Below, piece after piece: positions 49,183-63,169 of a stretch of DNA of 64,000 nt. This DNA is from Octopus sinensis (taxonomy: Eukaryota): assembly GCF_006345805.1 (NCBI RefSeq), contig NC_043003.1:22940001-23004000 (forward strand), given 5' to 3'. The notes under the pieces are model-generated. The model was not told where the DNA came from. It did no database searches and saw nothing but the letters and a program-made list of their open reading frames with translations. The position numbers and the translations under genes are program-made. The first letter of the stretch is position 1. Every line of letters begins with the position of its first letter.

Positions 49183-50559
49183 GTAAGAATTATCAGCAAG
49201 CATCATGAAAGACTCACAGTAGATTTTAAGCAAATTTTAAGCAAAAGATGTGCATCTTCTGTGCCGTAAAAAAGCGGCACTTATCAATTGAAATCCGGAA
49301 TCAGAAGATGCTGATGATGGTGTGAATATTAGTTAAGAGAGCAAATAGCTGTGTATACTGAAGGAGCTAATATTTTGGGCATTTGCTCTGCTTCTGAGAA
49401 GGAGGAAGAAATGTAAATATTGGTGTTTCATTGGTTGTAGGTTAAGTCTGCTAAACTGAGATTTAAACTCTGTTACTGATTAATATTCAACTTTATTAAC
49501 AATTTACTTACTGTCAAACTCGACAAAATTTATTTTAATTGTTGTATTGCGTTATGGAACCACAACACACTTCCAGGTACATTAAATTCTTATTAATCAA
49601 TATTTTACCTCACCTGTGTTTTAGCAGTGTTATTAATTCCGTTTTTAAAAATTATGTCTGCAAATACTCTAGATAAATTAGAGACAGCACTGATTTGTCA
49701 TGACGTTTTGTATACGAATACGTCTATGTAAGCAATGCGATTAAAAAGAAAATTTATTCATATGCAGATACTAATCATCACCTCCTTAAGCCTCAGCACA
49801 TCGGAGTTGGCAACACGCCACCTAAACACTCTGCGTCAGAGTGTTTGTTTTGCTTCCATGAATAGAGACGTTGAAATATTCTCCAATATAGACATGACGG
49901 TTATGTTTTATTTTCAACAAAATTACTCTACATATAGAAAGCAACAAGAAAGGAAAGCTAAGCTTACACCACCATTACTCCCTTTAATAGCTTTGTGGCT
50001 GATTCAACCTCCCTCTAATAATTTCAATGAATACGATTAGAAAATTTTTAGTTCAAATACTGTTAACTTTGTTCCTCAAGTTCTCATATTTTGTGGAATG
50101 TAACGAGGGATAGTGTATTACTGAGATAGATACAGTGAACAAAATACTCTTTATCTGCACCGCAATAACTATCTTTATGACACAGTAAACAAACAAAATA
50201 CAACAAAAAAAAAACCCATATATATTATCATAATGTTCTAAAGAAGTAACCAATATTTTCAATTACTCTGGTTCTTTTGTTATCTGTTTCGAATAACCAA
50301 CATCTCACTTTCTCCAGCTCACACTTACGGTGTTCATGTCTTCTTCTACTTCCTGCTTCCTTAGAATCTATATTTTCTTTCTTGTCGCTTCCACGCACCA
50401 GTAAACAAACGTACGTTGTATGTTTATAATTTGATAATATCAATATACAACAATTACAATTCTAAAGAAATAAAGGAAATATTATTCACATATAGAAAGA
50501 GGAGCAGGCTATTCCCTTTTATATTTCCCTAATTTTATAAATTCTGCATAATATATATT

Positions 50560-50953
50560 CTTTTCTACTAAAGGCACAAGGCCTGAAATTTGGGGGGAGG
50601 GGGCCAGTCGATTTTATCGACCCCAGTACGCAACTGATACTTATCTTATCGACCACGAAAGGATGAAATGCAAAGTCGACCTCGGCGGAATTTGAACTCA
50701 GTGCGTAACGACAGACGAAATACCTATTTCTTTACTACCCACAAGGGGCTAAACACAGAGAGGACAAACAAGGACAGACAAACGAATTAAGTCGGTCATA
50801 TCGACCCCAGTGCGTAACTGGTACTTATTTAATCGACCCCGAAAGGATGAAAGGCAAGGTCGACCTAGGTGGAATTTGAACTCAGAACGTAACGGCAGAC
50901 GAAATACCGCTAAGCATTTCGCTCTCTGCTAACGTTTCTGCCAGCTCACCGCC
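50560..50953 (-). mobile_element. Dimeric SINE A, second independent insertion
   Basis: 18-bp TSD TTCTGCATAATATATATT at 50542-50559 and 50954-50971; same A1/A2 junction as at 7.0 kb. Confidence 0.88.
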
Positions 50954-51189
50954 TTCTGCATAATATATATTAATATAAACTTTGTGAAAGCTCGTAGCCT
51001 AGTTGTTTGAATGTTTGCCATGTAATCATAAAACCATAGGTTCAATTCCTTGTTCTGTTGCTCTGGTTACCATGATATATGAAGACTGACGATATGCTGT
51101 TAAGCATTTGGCCTGCCGCAGTAACGATTCTGCCAGCTTGCCACACTGCACGCATCTATATGTTAGTTTCAAATTTTGACAAAGCCAGC

Positions 51190-51375
51190 AATCTCGGGGA
51201 AGAAGACAAGTCAATTACATCGAACCCAGTGTTCAGACTGGTACTAATTTAATCGACCCGTAAGAAGATTGAAAGCAAAGTTGACCTCGCTTTAATTTGA
51301 ACTCAGAACCTTAAAATGGACGAAATGCTGCTGAATATTGTGCCCGGCGCGGTAGCGATTCTGCCTGCTCACCGC
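51190..51375 (-). mobile_element. Old SINE A copy
   Basis: Diverged match; partial head also at 51085-51150. Confidence 0.7.
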
Positions 51376-52173
51376 TCTGTACACATCTATATATTAGATA
51401 AACAAGGAGTAAACTAGCTGCACAAGAAGGTTTCTCATAGTCATTTTTTAAAGAGCATCATCTTCTCAGAAATACATCTTTTCCCAACCCAACTGAAGTA
51501 GTGTTACGTTGCTACAATATGCAAGTTTTGGCCTACCATTAATACATAAATATTACTACCGTTGTCTACAGGAATAGTTTAAATTAACTAACAAGCATTA
51601 GACTGAACCACCAACACTACCACCACCACCACCAATACTACTACTACAACTACTACTACTACTACTGCTACTTCTACTGCTGCTTCTACAATGGAAGGCA
51701 TTAATTGCATCGCTTTACATAACATTCTACACCAAAACAACAATATAATTAAATGTAAGATATTAAAGAAAACGCGATTAAACAAAACTGCCGCAAGAAC
51801 CTCACCGTCCTCGTCATCCAGCACGTCTATTTATTTCATTGAATTAGATTTCCTTGCAAACACTGTCATACATATATGAGTACGTATGTATATATAAACA
51901 CAAATACGCACACACACACGTGTACATATATATGTATGCATGTGTGTATGTATATATGATTGTATACACATGGATATATGTATATATACATACATATAAA
52001 TCAATACACAAATGTGCATGTCTGTATATATATATATATGTATATATATATATAGTATTAAATGTATATACATAATATACGCACAAATAGATGTAAGCGT
52101 TTATATGTGCATGTGGGGTTTGTGTGTAACCTTATTTGTGTTGAAAGGGTGGATGTAATATTTAGGAATATAT

Positions 52174-52257
<84 letters not shown>

Positions 52258-52858
52258 TTATACAATATTCATACATAAATATTTACGTGTATTTCTATAT
52301 GCATATTTATATAGTCACATGTGCGTATATATGAATATACATATGTGTGTGTGTGTATGTATGAATTAATGTGTGCATGCGTGTGTTTTTATGTACCTAT
52401 ATGTAAGTGTGGCTGTTGCATATTTGTATGTATGTGTCTCCTATTATCTAACTTGAACAAAACAGAACGTCGATGCTTTAATCGTATATAACATTCTTGA
52501 ATATTTTCCAATCGATAACTGTTTACAATATTGTCTAACGGTACTAATATCTCTCCCAAGTGATTCATCTAACTTAAATGTTGCCATCACGTTATACTTG
52601 TTAATATGATGGGTTTTTCTTCGTCTATTTCATTAGAGGTCTAATTTTCAAAAGGAGAAGGCTCAAAGATGTCTTTCAATAAATGATGTTTCAGCTAAAT
52701 TTTATTTTATGTTGTTTCATATTAAAATTTAATGAATTTTCTTGTTTTTGTTTTATAAATATTTTGTTTCGTTTATGCTGCAAAGCAGACGATAACCACT
52801 TCTTGTATGTCCTTCATTTTGTATATTTGAATAATTAACAATGATTTCTATTCAATAG

Positions 52859-52953
52859 GATGAAAATAAGTTCAAAATCTAATTCGAATTCTCACAAGAT
52901 TGACAAAGAGATAGAAAGAATTAAACAGACAGTCAGGCGGATATTTCCTTCAA
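52859..52953 (+). CDS. Candidate internal exon (95 nt, phase 2-1), product unknown
   Basis: TTTCTATTCAATAG acceptor, CAA|GTATGT donor, only one open frame (MKISSKSNSNSHKIDKEIERIKQTVRRIFPS). Confidence 0.3.
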
Positions 52954-53089
52954 GTATGTACGTTGAGTTACCGGTAGACTTAGTATTCATGTTACTTAAA
53001 GTTTCGTGGATGCGAAAGCAGTTTTATCTATTCATACATCGAAGTAGTTACTCCATTCTATCTATCTTCCAATTCCCTTATCTCCAATT

Positions 53090-54290
53090 TTATCTAGCAG
53101 GTCTTTCTTATGGAGTAGTGAGAGGCTTTGGTGCTTGACACCAAACCTAAGCTGACCATAAGAGAGGGCTTTAGATAAATAAATGGCTTGCATGCGTACT
53201 ATATGTCTAAACAACCTCTGTTGCAATTTAACAAGGATACTCTCTATGCCAAGAATGTCACATCTTGCAAGAGCCTGTTTTAGGTAGCATATTCTACCAT
53301 ATTATGATGGCAATTGGACGATGGAATCTTGCCATTTAATTCAGCACCTGTAGAATGTCCGTTTCACAGTTATATAGGAGAGGCAAGCATTATCGCTTGT
53401 TACACGTTTGAACATTGTGATCACATAGATATCATGATCTCTTCACAGTTTGTGCTGGGGTCTGCTGAAAGCTGAGTTTGTTTTAAACAGTCACTGGGCG
53501 ATCTCTTAGGAGATTGTTTGGCAGGATGCTTCCGAAGTAGCAGAATTTTGGCCCAGTATTTAGGAGTATTGTCTACCACGACAATAAGATCTTGCTTTAA
53601 GCATCCAGGTGCTGGCTGGTGTAAGACCCTAGACTTTTCCAAATCTAGAGAGCAGTTTTGCCACAAGATTTAGTAGCATTAGCAAAACAGCCAACTAATA
53701 TTTGAACGGCGTGTATCAAGAGTACGATCAAAGCACAGACTCTCTCAGAAGTTGTCCTTTGATTCTACATTTGTCTCCGAGGCGTCGCAGATTGTTACCA
53801 TCTGGTCTAAACTGGGTATGCATACCGTCAATATGACTGAATAAGTCTTGTAACTGGGTCGAGAAGTTGATTGCAAAGAAAGACAAAGGTCATTCGCAAC
53901 CCAGTTTGGTCCCATCCCTTAGAGGGAACGAATCAAAAATTGAATCACCTCCCATCACAGAGTTCCTCATATCATTGTGGAATGGGCTTATTATTGTGAA
54001 CATCTTCTGGGAGCAATCAAACTTATGTAGGACATTCTAGGAAAACCACGGTTTACCGTATCAAAGGCATTTTTTCAATCAGCAAAGACCACATGCAGGA
54101 ACTGGTTTTGATCTCTGACCCTCTTCTGAACATGATGTAAACCGAATATGATATCGGCTGTTGCTCGATCACACGGAAACGGTATTTTAATTCACGTTAC
54201 ACAATATCCACTTCCTGAAGCGTGTAGAATGATCTTGTCGAGTATAACTCTGGTGCGTCTATCTTTGAGAGATAGAAATGTAAGGACAAG
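53090..54290 (-). mobile_element. RTE-clade LINE reverse transcriptase fragment
   Basis: LHVVFAD*KNAFDTVNRG; RDGTKLGC (GVKQGC-like); FRPDGNNLRRL; many stops. Confidence 0.85.
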
Positions 54291-54731
54291 CCGGATTGTT
54301 TAAGAATACCTGCTGGAATTTAACAAATAATGATATAACACGTACACACAGGCAAACACTCGTACACGGTGCTCTGAGACCCCCTTCGGTCACGACACAG
54401 ACCATGGGATTGCACCTAGAAAGTTACCCTCCTAGACACAAGTCCGGGCGAGGTTGTTTATGGAAGACCAGCAGTCGCCCATGCATACCAGCCTCCCCTC
54501 TCCACGCCACCAGTGTTATCCAAGGGAAAGACAAAGGTCGATACAGCTTCGCACCAGTGACGTCGAACAAGGTGCTCATATACATATAATTATACACGCA
54601 CACACACGTTTCTTGTATAAGAAGAGAATACTGATTTTGTATTCTACAAAAGTATAGAATAACCCACCAGGTTAATGTCAAATTGTTTTTATTAAAACTG
54701 AACAAAAATAGAAGTGTTAATATATATTAGA

Positions 54732-55265
54732 TTCAACTTACGTTGAAAGTCAATAAAGTTTGCTATAGAAGCGTTGAGATGCATTGAAATATACAGATAA
54801 GGAACTAATTTTACTCTTAAAAGCAGTATAATGCTAATAATATAGCATGAACAGGATAAGCTATCCATATCTTGCGGAAAAATCTGTCGGCGGCCAGTCA
54901 TGTGACTCGAACTCACATCCCCGTGATTATGCGTTAAGTGCTTTACCATTAAGCTAAACTACCCCAATGAGAAATTCTTCTGCAAATTTAGGATATACAA
55001 AATCTAGCTTTATAAGACGCTATCGTAAGTTAAATTCAACTTACGTTGAGAGTCAACAAATAAAGAAGCGTTGAGATGTATTAAAAGATACAGATAAAGA
55101 AATAATTTTATTCTTCAAACGTCGTTGGGCGGTTTAGCGTGATGGTAAAGTACTTGACGCGTAATCAGAGATTTTCTGCAAATATGGATAGTTTATCCTG
55201 TTCATGCTATATTATTAGCATTAGCCTGCGTTTGAGAATAAAATTATTTCCTTATCTATATATAG
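54732..55265. repeat. Composite direct plus inverted repeat containing tRNA-like cassettes
   Basis: 54791-54965 is the inverted copy of 55123-55262 (with a ~37-nt deletion); 54732-54820 is directly repeated at 55035-55118. Confidence 0.85.
54892..54963 (-). pseudogene. tRNA-like sequence (72 nt; anticodon CAT here, CGT in the deleted sister copy)
   Basis: Perfect D-stem GCTT/AAGC, TTCGAGT T-loop, near-paired acceptor and T stems, broken anticodon stem; sister copy at 55123-55165 lacks the B-box. Confidence 0.6.
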
Positions 55266-55531
55266 ATGATTATAGATAATTATTTTTGTATTTGGTTTGC
55301 AAGATCCTTTATGTGAATTCGTATATTTAAGCATATTTTATTGCCTCTGGGCAGAGTTATTCTCTTTGAATGCCTTATTGATTAAACACTCACCGGTTCG
55401 ATTTCCACTCGTTTACTTATATATTTTTTTCTGTAAAAATAGATAAGTAAATGAGTGGAAATCTAAACTGAGTATGTAAATTAATAAGGCATTCAAACTG
55501 AATGACTCTCCCCAGACACAATAATACACAC

Positions 55532-55596
<65 letters not shown>

Positions 55597-56458
55597 CATA
55601 CATATATGAAGACACTGCGTCTTCTGCCTTCAAATTTCGCAAAAAGAATCTATAGATATAGACCGTAATACATTTTAATATTGAAACTTTAACAAACAGC
55701 AAATATATCAATAATTATTGATAATTATAGTTTCTACATAGACACTGCAGATGGCAAATAACTTAAAATATTTAAAATATAATCTCTGATGATTTAATAG
55801 TGCAAGTTCGACCTACCTTATTTTTGCCACGGGGGATTTGAAATAACTGTACAGGAAGGCATTCAATACAATTGATTATTTCGAAGCGTGGCATGCAGGG
55901 AATAGTAAAATATTGGGCTACTGGCCAATATTTTAGATAGATAATCTGGATAATTGTAGATTGCCATTTAAGCAAAGTGCATGCATACCTCAACTTACGG
56001 CGCTTGATTCCAAGACATGCAACTTAATTCGAAAAATGACAAGAAAAATATTGAAAACTGAAGTAAACTCAAATCAGTATTAATAATTGGGATCTTCTCT
56101 TTTTGAAAGCCAGATTTTCCTAGTTAACTAAACAATTTGAAACTTCGTATACTGGTAGAATGTGTCAAAAGAAAACATAATTGTAAACCAAAATGAAAAC
56201 GGAATTGTAATTTCTAAGTTTAACGTTGTTTAAAAATTCGAATTTTAACCAATGATATTCTTTCTTTCGACCTCATATTATTTACTGCCTCTCAAAATAT
56301 TGTTACTGTGACGTAAACAGCTATTTTGTGACGTAGTTAACGTAAACATGTAAATAGCTAACTAAAATGTAAACATCTCCGCTTATCATAAACGTCGTGG
56401 AGTATATATAAAATTTGTGTAGATCCTAAATAGCTACACACACATGTATACAAACATA

Positions 56459-56531
<73 letters not shown>

Positions 56532-57530
56532 CTATACACACATATTCTAATGCATATGCATATATGTGTATATATTATAATGTGTGTGTATTATAGATGC
56601 ATACATTATATATATATATATGTATATATATATAAAAGATGTTTACATACAATATATATATGTTATATACATCTACATGTATATGTATGTATGAATATAT
56701 AAGAACCACAGAATTTGAATCAAACTGTTTTGATCCATACATACACACACACACACCAACACTACCATCCATGAGACATCCTAACATAATCAATGCTACT
56801 ACTACTACTATCATCATCATTATCATCATCATCCACTGCCGCCACCACCACCACCTCTACAAAAACACCAACACTATAATTGCTGCCATCATACACATCC
56901 ACTGTCACCACTACCACCACTGCCATGATAACCACATCTACCCCAGCTGTTTGCTTACTGCTTACCCACTTACAAAATAGCTATCTACGTCACATTAACA
57001 CTATGCAGCTAATAATTTCAAATGAAAACAGACAATATGATTGGCTAAGGATAGAATAAGTACTGGGCTTACAAAAAGAATAAGTCCCGGGGTCGAGTTG
57101 CTCGATTAAAGGCGATGCTCCAGCATGGCCGCGGTCAAGAGTAACATTAAAAGTAAAATATGTTTTATATGACACATTAGGGTTAGGGTTAGTGTCCGAA
57201 GGTTGAAAGTGTTTAGTTACAAAAAATATATTTCTCGATCTGCCGTTGAAAGGGTAAAGATCCCTTATATTATTTATTTAAACCCTTTACAAACTAGAAG
57301 GGTTATGGGTCAAGAGGAAAATACATCAATCAAATGTTGGGAAGGCCATCGGTTGAATAAAACAACATTGTTCCTCAACAGAACAATAAGGCTCTATAGT
57401 TAGGGGGAAATTTACCCATTCAGTTTCAAAACTCAGGTGGAGCCAAAAGAGGTCTCTACACATACATACGTATACACACACACACATACATACATATATC
57501 CAGACAACTTCTGCTTTATATATATATGTA

Positions 57531-58346
57531 CTAGCAGAATTGCCCGGCGTTGCTCGGGGCTGAATTGCTTGAAAGTACTGTTAATGATTGCACTGGATTA
57601 TGATGATTATTCAGGCAAATATTGATATAAGTTTACGGTGGGAGATAAGGACTTAACGATCAAACGTGTGCCATTGCATTGTTTTGGGGGAACCAAATTT
57701 CTGATGAGCATTATAGGGGCACCAACTTTAAGTTTGAGAAAGTGTGGTGGTAGTCCGGGGTGCTCAAAGGAATTGAGTACCTCTATTGGATAGTTGATGA
57801 TGTCCTCTGGGTCAGGAGTTGTATCGATAGACTGATATACATAGACTTCCCCAGGAATGAGTTTTAGCATTTCATCACTAATATGGTGAACAGTTTTATT
57901 CCTCGGGGCCAGTATAGCCTTTTTGCCAATCCAATCCATATTCTGATAATTAGCTTGTAGATCTGGGAACACTGCATCTCTGAGATCAGGAGGCGTCTTA
58001 ACAATGGTACAAATGGAATCGATGGCAATATTACCATTTTCATACCCTGGTATTTTGCCTTCGCCAAGTGCAAGGAGGGTGTGAGGAAATGCTGCTGATG
58101 TGATATTACGTCGCATATGAGCACGCATATTGGTGTGAAGTTTGAGTGTTACTTCCCTTTATTAAAAAAAATATGCATTAAAATGGAAAAAAAATTATGG
58201 TAAATTATTTTTGAAATCGTAGACTCATCATAGACGCGCGCTAATACCCAGAAGGGCTCGATATAAATCACGACTATAAGATACCCGGTTTTGGTTAAAC
58301 TGCATCGCAGTAGACAGACACACAACCTTTCTTTTATATATAAAGA
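57531..58346 (-). mobile_element. Helitron deletion derivative retaining a PIF1 helicase fragment
   Basis: 5' TC, 3' GCCCG..CGGGC hairpin plus CTAG, A/T target; internal ORF 57607-58128. Confidence 0.93.
57607..58128 (-). pseudogene. PIF1-family (Helitron RepHel) helicase fragment, 173 aa
   Basis: AILAPRN, GLPPHFLKLKVGAPIMLIRNL, CNGTRLIV motifs. Confidence 0.92.
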
Positions 58347-58349
58347 TTT

Positions 58350-58655
58350 TCGTCCGTCCTAAAAACTTTGTGCGGAGTGAATGGTTACCTCTATGGAAAT
58401 ATATACACACACATTATACATACATGTGTGTATAGATGAATATATAAATACATTTAAATATCTATATACACTTTTGGGCGATCTTTCTGTTACTTGGATA
58501 TACTTTAGATCTTATATTCGTCCAATTCGTCCTAAATAACTTTGTATGGAGTGAATGGTTACCTCTATGGAAATATATACACACACATTATACATACATG
58601 TGTGTGTCTATATACACTTTTGGGCGACTGCTACTTAGAGATAACTTTAGATGTT
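58350..58655. repeat. ~165-bp tandem duplication, second copy with deletions
   Basis: GGAGTGAATGGTTACCTCTATGGAAATATATACACACACATT occurs twice. Confidence 0.9.
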
Positions 58656-58879
58656 AGGTGATCTAGCAAAAATGATGACCAGTTTGACTTGTTCATCCCT
58701 GTCACACACTCACACACACGCACACACACACAGACACACACGCACCCTCACACACACACAGACGCACACACAGACGCACACACACACACTCACACACACG
58801 CACACACACACACGTTAGCTTACAATTTTATTTATATATTTGCGTGTCTATGTGTGTAAAGAGGAAGTGGGAGTAATAT

Positions 58880-59440
58880 GCAGAGTGAAATGTTAAAATA
58901 TTGAGTTTTCTCGAATTTTGTCTTAATTGGGGGTAAAATTGAAAGAAATTTTGTATGGCATGACCCAATGGAAGTACTTTGAAAAATCATGGGTAAACTC
59001 TAATTGAAGAAATTGTGTGAGGAGTAAATCGTTATGTATTTATTTGTTTCTGTTTGCTGTGTTTTTTTTTAGTAGTGGTTTAAGGTACACTTCTCTCGTT
59101 TTATAGAAATAGTTTCACTTTAATCGTTGCACACTTGCAAAGAGATAGGAGTAGAAATTAGAGTGATAGCGTGAGTGAATCAGATCGCTCCGTTTTTGTG
59201 TGTGTGTGTGTGCGTGTGCTCTAGCCCACAATAAGAAAAGCACTTGGCTTACACACCACAATGTGAGTTTTCTCTAAATTTTGCTTAATAGGGGTTGAAA
59301 TTTTAAAAAACTGGACCTGGCATGACCCGATGCATTCTACTCTTAAAGATGCTAGGTAAATCGTAATTGAAGAAATCCTATATTGTAGATTTCTATAAGA
59401 GACAAAGGGAGGCAGATAAAATCTGCCTTTTATAATAAGA
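58880..59440 (-). mobile_element. Partial non-autonomous Helitron, family H2
   Basis: Aligns to 60955-61693; minus-strand 5' TCTTATTATAAAAGG. Confidence 0.8.
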
Positions 59441-59798
59441 CTAGCAGTATCGCCCGGCGTTGCTCGGGTTTGTTTCGACCCGCTGGAATTGTAATTTTGA
59501 AAAGTAAAAATTTTGTGAACATTTTTCTGGTCGAAATACACCGAAAAGTGGCGACACAGCAGTGAAAAAATCGTAAAAAATAGGGATTTTCATAGAAAAA
59601 AGCATCTTTTTGATGTAAATAATTTTTGGTGTTAACATGGTCCGATTTGAATTTTATGTTCTACGGAAGGAAGAGCAACCCTTCTTCTATCATACTCTCA
59701 ATTTTGGTCAACTTGCGCCGCAGGGTTTCGGAGGAGATAGTGTTAGTTGAAGGTTACCAAACGTGGCGCACACAGACAACTTTAGCTTTATATAGAGA
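59441..59798 (-). mobile_element. Non-autonomous Helitron (358 bp)
   Basis: Same 3' hairpin and CTAG as the 7.7 and 57.5 kb copies; 5' TC. Confidence 0.88.
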
Positions 59799-59867
59799 TA
59801 ACACACACACATTAATACACATACATAGACACACACACACATGTATGTATGGATGTATATATGGGTA

Positions 59868-61695
59868 CTTGTATCGCAGAGTGGTCCCGGTTGCGCACAC
59901 GCGGATTCGCGCGTGCGAGCCAGACGTAGGTACTCGATACTCGATCGCCCTTAAATAATTACTTTTTTTTACAGAAACGCGAATTTATATAACGCGCAAA
60001 ATTATTCCGTAGAATTTATCAAATTAAATAACGCAAAATTAATATATTTTTTGAAATTGCAAATTATTTAGAATATAAAAATCTGGCTGCTATTTCTAGG
60101 TGCCTGAGTAATAACCTCGCGGATTTACAGATAAATGAATTAATTACTATTTTACAGAATAAAATTAAATAATTCTTGAAAATTAATTAGTATTAATATT
60201 TTTTGAACAAAGTAAATAATTTTTAAAACTCAAATAATAATTTTTTTTACACAAACGCGAACGGGGAAAAGGGGGTGGCGAATTCGATTTTTTTATTTTC
60301 GTTGAATGAATAGAAAAAAATGTATAATATATGTTGTACATACCTAAATTTTTTCTTTTTCATGACATTGTAGAAAATAGTAGTGAATTATATAAATACC
60401 AGCAGTACATTTTTTTTTCTGGGGTATTTTTTTTCAACCTCGTCACATATTTGCCCTTTCAATTTAAACAAAGTCTTAATTAAGCAATTACGGCAGCTTA
60501 GCAATGGTTTCAATACAGGCGTGACATCTGTATCTCAATTGTTCAAAACCCTTCGAATTTTTTTCGCACGTGATGATATAGTGAAAACTTTCAATTACGC
60601 GCGCTTAGAAGTACGCTCGCAAATTAATACTACCAAAATTTTGAAGTTCGCGCTCCGCTTGTGTGTGTGTGTGCTTTAGGTGTACGTAGGTATGTTTTTT
60701 GTGTGTGTGTGTCACTGAAGCCATACATACATATATACAAACATAACCTCTCTCTCTCTTTCTCTCTCAGTCACTCACTACAAAAAGTGAATAAAAAAGT
60801 TCAGTTATTTCTGTCTTTCACTCTCTCTGTCTCTTTACACACACTAACAAAAGCACTTCACTTACACACCACACTTTCTGTGTCGCACAACCCATCAAAC
60901 ACACACACACACACACACACACTCACGCACGCACACATGTACATCAATGCTTTCGGAGTGAAATGTTAAAATATTGAGTTTTCTCGAATTTTGTCTTAAT
61001 TGGGGGTGAAATTGAAAGAAATTTTTATGGCATGACCGAATGGAGTACTTTGAAAAATCTTAGGTAAACTCTAATTGAAGAAATTGTGTGAGGAGTAAAT
61101 CGTTATGTATTTATTTGTTTCTGTTTGCTGTGTTTTTTTTATTTTTTGAGTAGTGGTTTAAGGTACACTTGCAAAGAGAAAGTGGGAGAAATTATGTTGA
61201 TAGCATGAGTGATCCGTTTTTAGAAATACTTTCAGTTTAGTCTTCCTCAAATCACTCTGTCGCTATTTACTCTCTTCCAAGAACATTTTCACTCACTCTT
61301 ATCTCTTAGCTTGCCATACATTTACTCATGTATCTATCAGCGTGATAGACAGAAACAAATATTACATCGCCATCGCCATCGCCATCGCATTCTAGTGTCT
61401 ACCTGTCAACACACACACAGTGAATTACTTTCACTTTATTCGTTGCACACTGTGTGTGTGCGTGTGTGTGTGGTGTAAACCACATTAAGAAAAGCATTTG
61501 ACATACACACCAGAATGTGAGTTTTCTGTAAATTTTGCTTAATTGGAGTTTAAATTTTAAAAACTGGACCTCGCATGACCCGATGCATTCTACTCTTAAA
61601 AATGCTAGGTAAATTGTAATTGAAGAAATCCTATATTGTAGATTTCTATAACTGACAAAGGGAGGCAGATAAAATCTGCCTTTTATAATAAGAGA
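59868..61695 (-). mobile_element. Non-autonomous Helitron, family H2 (~1.8 kb)
   Basis: 5' TC at ~61695; GC-rich hairpin GCACACGCG-GATT-CGCGCGTGC near the 3' end; terminus reads CAAG (mutated CTAG). Confidence 0.7.
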
Positions 61696-62169
61696 TATAT
61701 ATACATATATATATATTTAAAGTATCTGTCACTCATATATGTATATATAATGTATGTGTGTGTGTGTTCTATATATAAATATGTATATATACAAAGTGTA
61801 TATATCTGTAGTTATGTATATTAAACTTTCTCATACTTTTCCGTAGTTATGTATATTTTTAAACAAATTATAAATATAATTTAATAATTTTTATTTTCAA
61901 TTTAATTTAAATTTTTCAATTTTATATTTTCTATATTATATTTTTTTTTTATGTTTTTGTTTTTGGTTTTTCACTGTTTGATTTGCCTAAAAATTCCATT
62001 TTTCACTTTTATGATTATACCCAGAGTGCTCTGATCGAATATGAACTGTCTTCCCATTGGCGGACGTTTGTCTTTTTTTATTTTTGAACCGAACACATTG
62101 TCTCTTTCGTTTTAAAACAATAAAACCTTAATACATTGGTCCAACAAACAAAACATCACCCACTCTCAT

Positions 62170-62400
62170 TCTTTTATGTATCTGAGAATGTGTGTCTGTC
62201 TGTCTCCCTAAAACTTGAGAACTACACAACCAATTTCATTCAAATTTTACACATGACTTACTTAGGGTATAAGGAGTCGGCTCGGCTCGGCTCGGCTCGG
62301 CTCGGCTCGGCTCGGCTCGGCTCGGCTTAAGAATTATAATTACACAGAGAACTTTAGCGTGAAGGCAGCATATAAAAATAAAAAAACAACTCTTCCTCAA
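62170..62400 (+). mobile_element. Helitron-like 5' region with (TCGGC)10
   Basis: TCTTTTATGTAT..GTCTGTCTGTC..CCAATTTCATTCAAATTTT start; perfect pentamer tract 62277-62326. Confidence 0.45.
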
Positions 62401-63169
62401 TTGTTGGCAGTTTTACTTACTCCGCATTGCAACAAGATATGTCTTCGTTAAAGCAATTGCTCCCCCAAAGCAAATTAGATAAAATTTGACATGCGTGGAA
62501 CGTCAAAGCTGCTAACAAAATCAGGACAGTCAAAATTTACGCTAAGGGCTGTTTAACCCTAACGAGGTGAACGCTGCAGAAAGAAAGCTTTGTCAAGAGA
62601 CAGACGGGAATGCATGAACGAAAAGAAAAAGAATTACATTTAGAAATAGATCTATAGTTATTGAGGACAGAATTTCTGTTAGAAATAGAGAACTATAAAT
62701 ATTGAATTATGCATAAAGCGCTGACTTACATTCGGGGCTTCCAATTTCTCTGTAAAATATAAGATTGTCGCAAAATCATCGCACATGTCACCATCGATTA
62801 CAAATGCCGGTGGAAGATAAACGTTCCAGAGGACATTCTTGTTCTTTCGTTCGTACAAGGATCGTATTATGTTTCGGCTTAAAATAAATTATAGATACAA
62901 ATATAATGTATAGAAATATATAAAAACCAGAATAGAATATAAACGTCTTAGGCATATAAAATGAGATATCAAGATGTTATAAACTTGAAACTTACTAGAA
63001 TGTCATAGATTATATATATCAAGTCATCCAGTCAGTTCTGTCCAATTTTACCTTTTTTTTAGATTTGAATGAAATTTAATAGTATTTGCAAATGTCTAAT
63101 TCAATGAAAAATTATTTTTATGCATTTGTGTACGTTTAAACTAATTCAATATTGTTTTACAAAATAATA

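Noticed and set aside
54892-54963. Functional tRNA-Met gene
   Set aside because: Anticodon stem has two mismatches, loop position 33 is not U, and it lies within a repeat
57177-57192. Interstitial telomere (TTAGGG)n
   Set aside because: Under three units, too short to distinguish from background or repeat ends
62480-62760. BEL/Pao pol fragment (NEVNAAERKLCQE)
   Set aside because: Single short motif across frameshifts, no LTR or other domains
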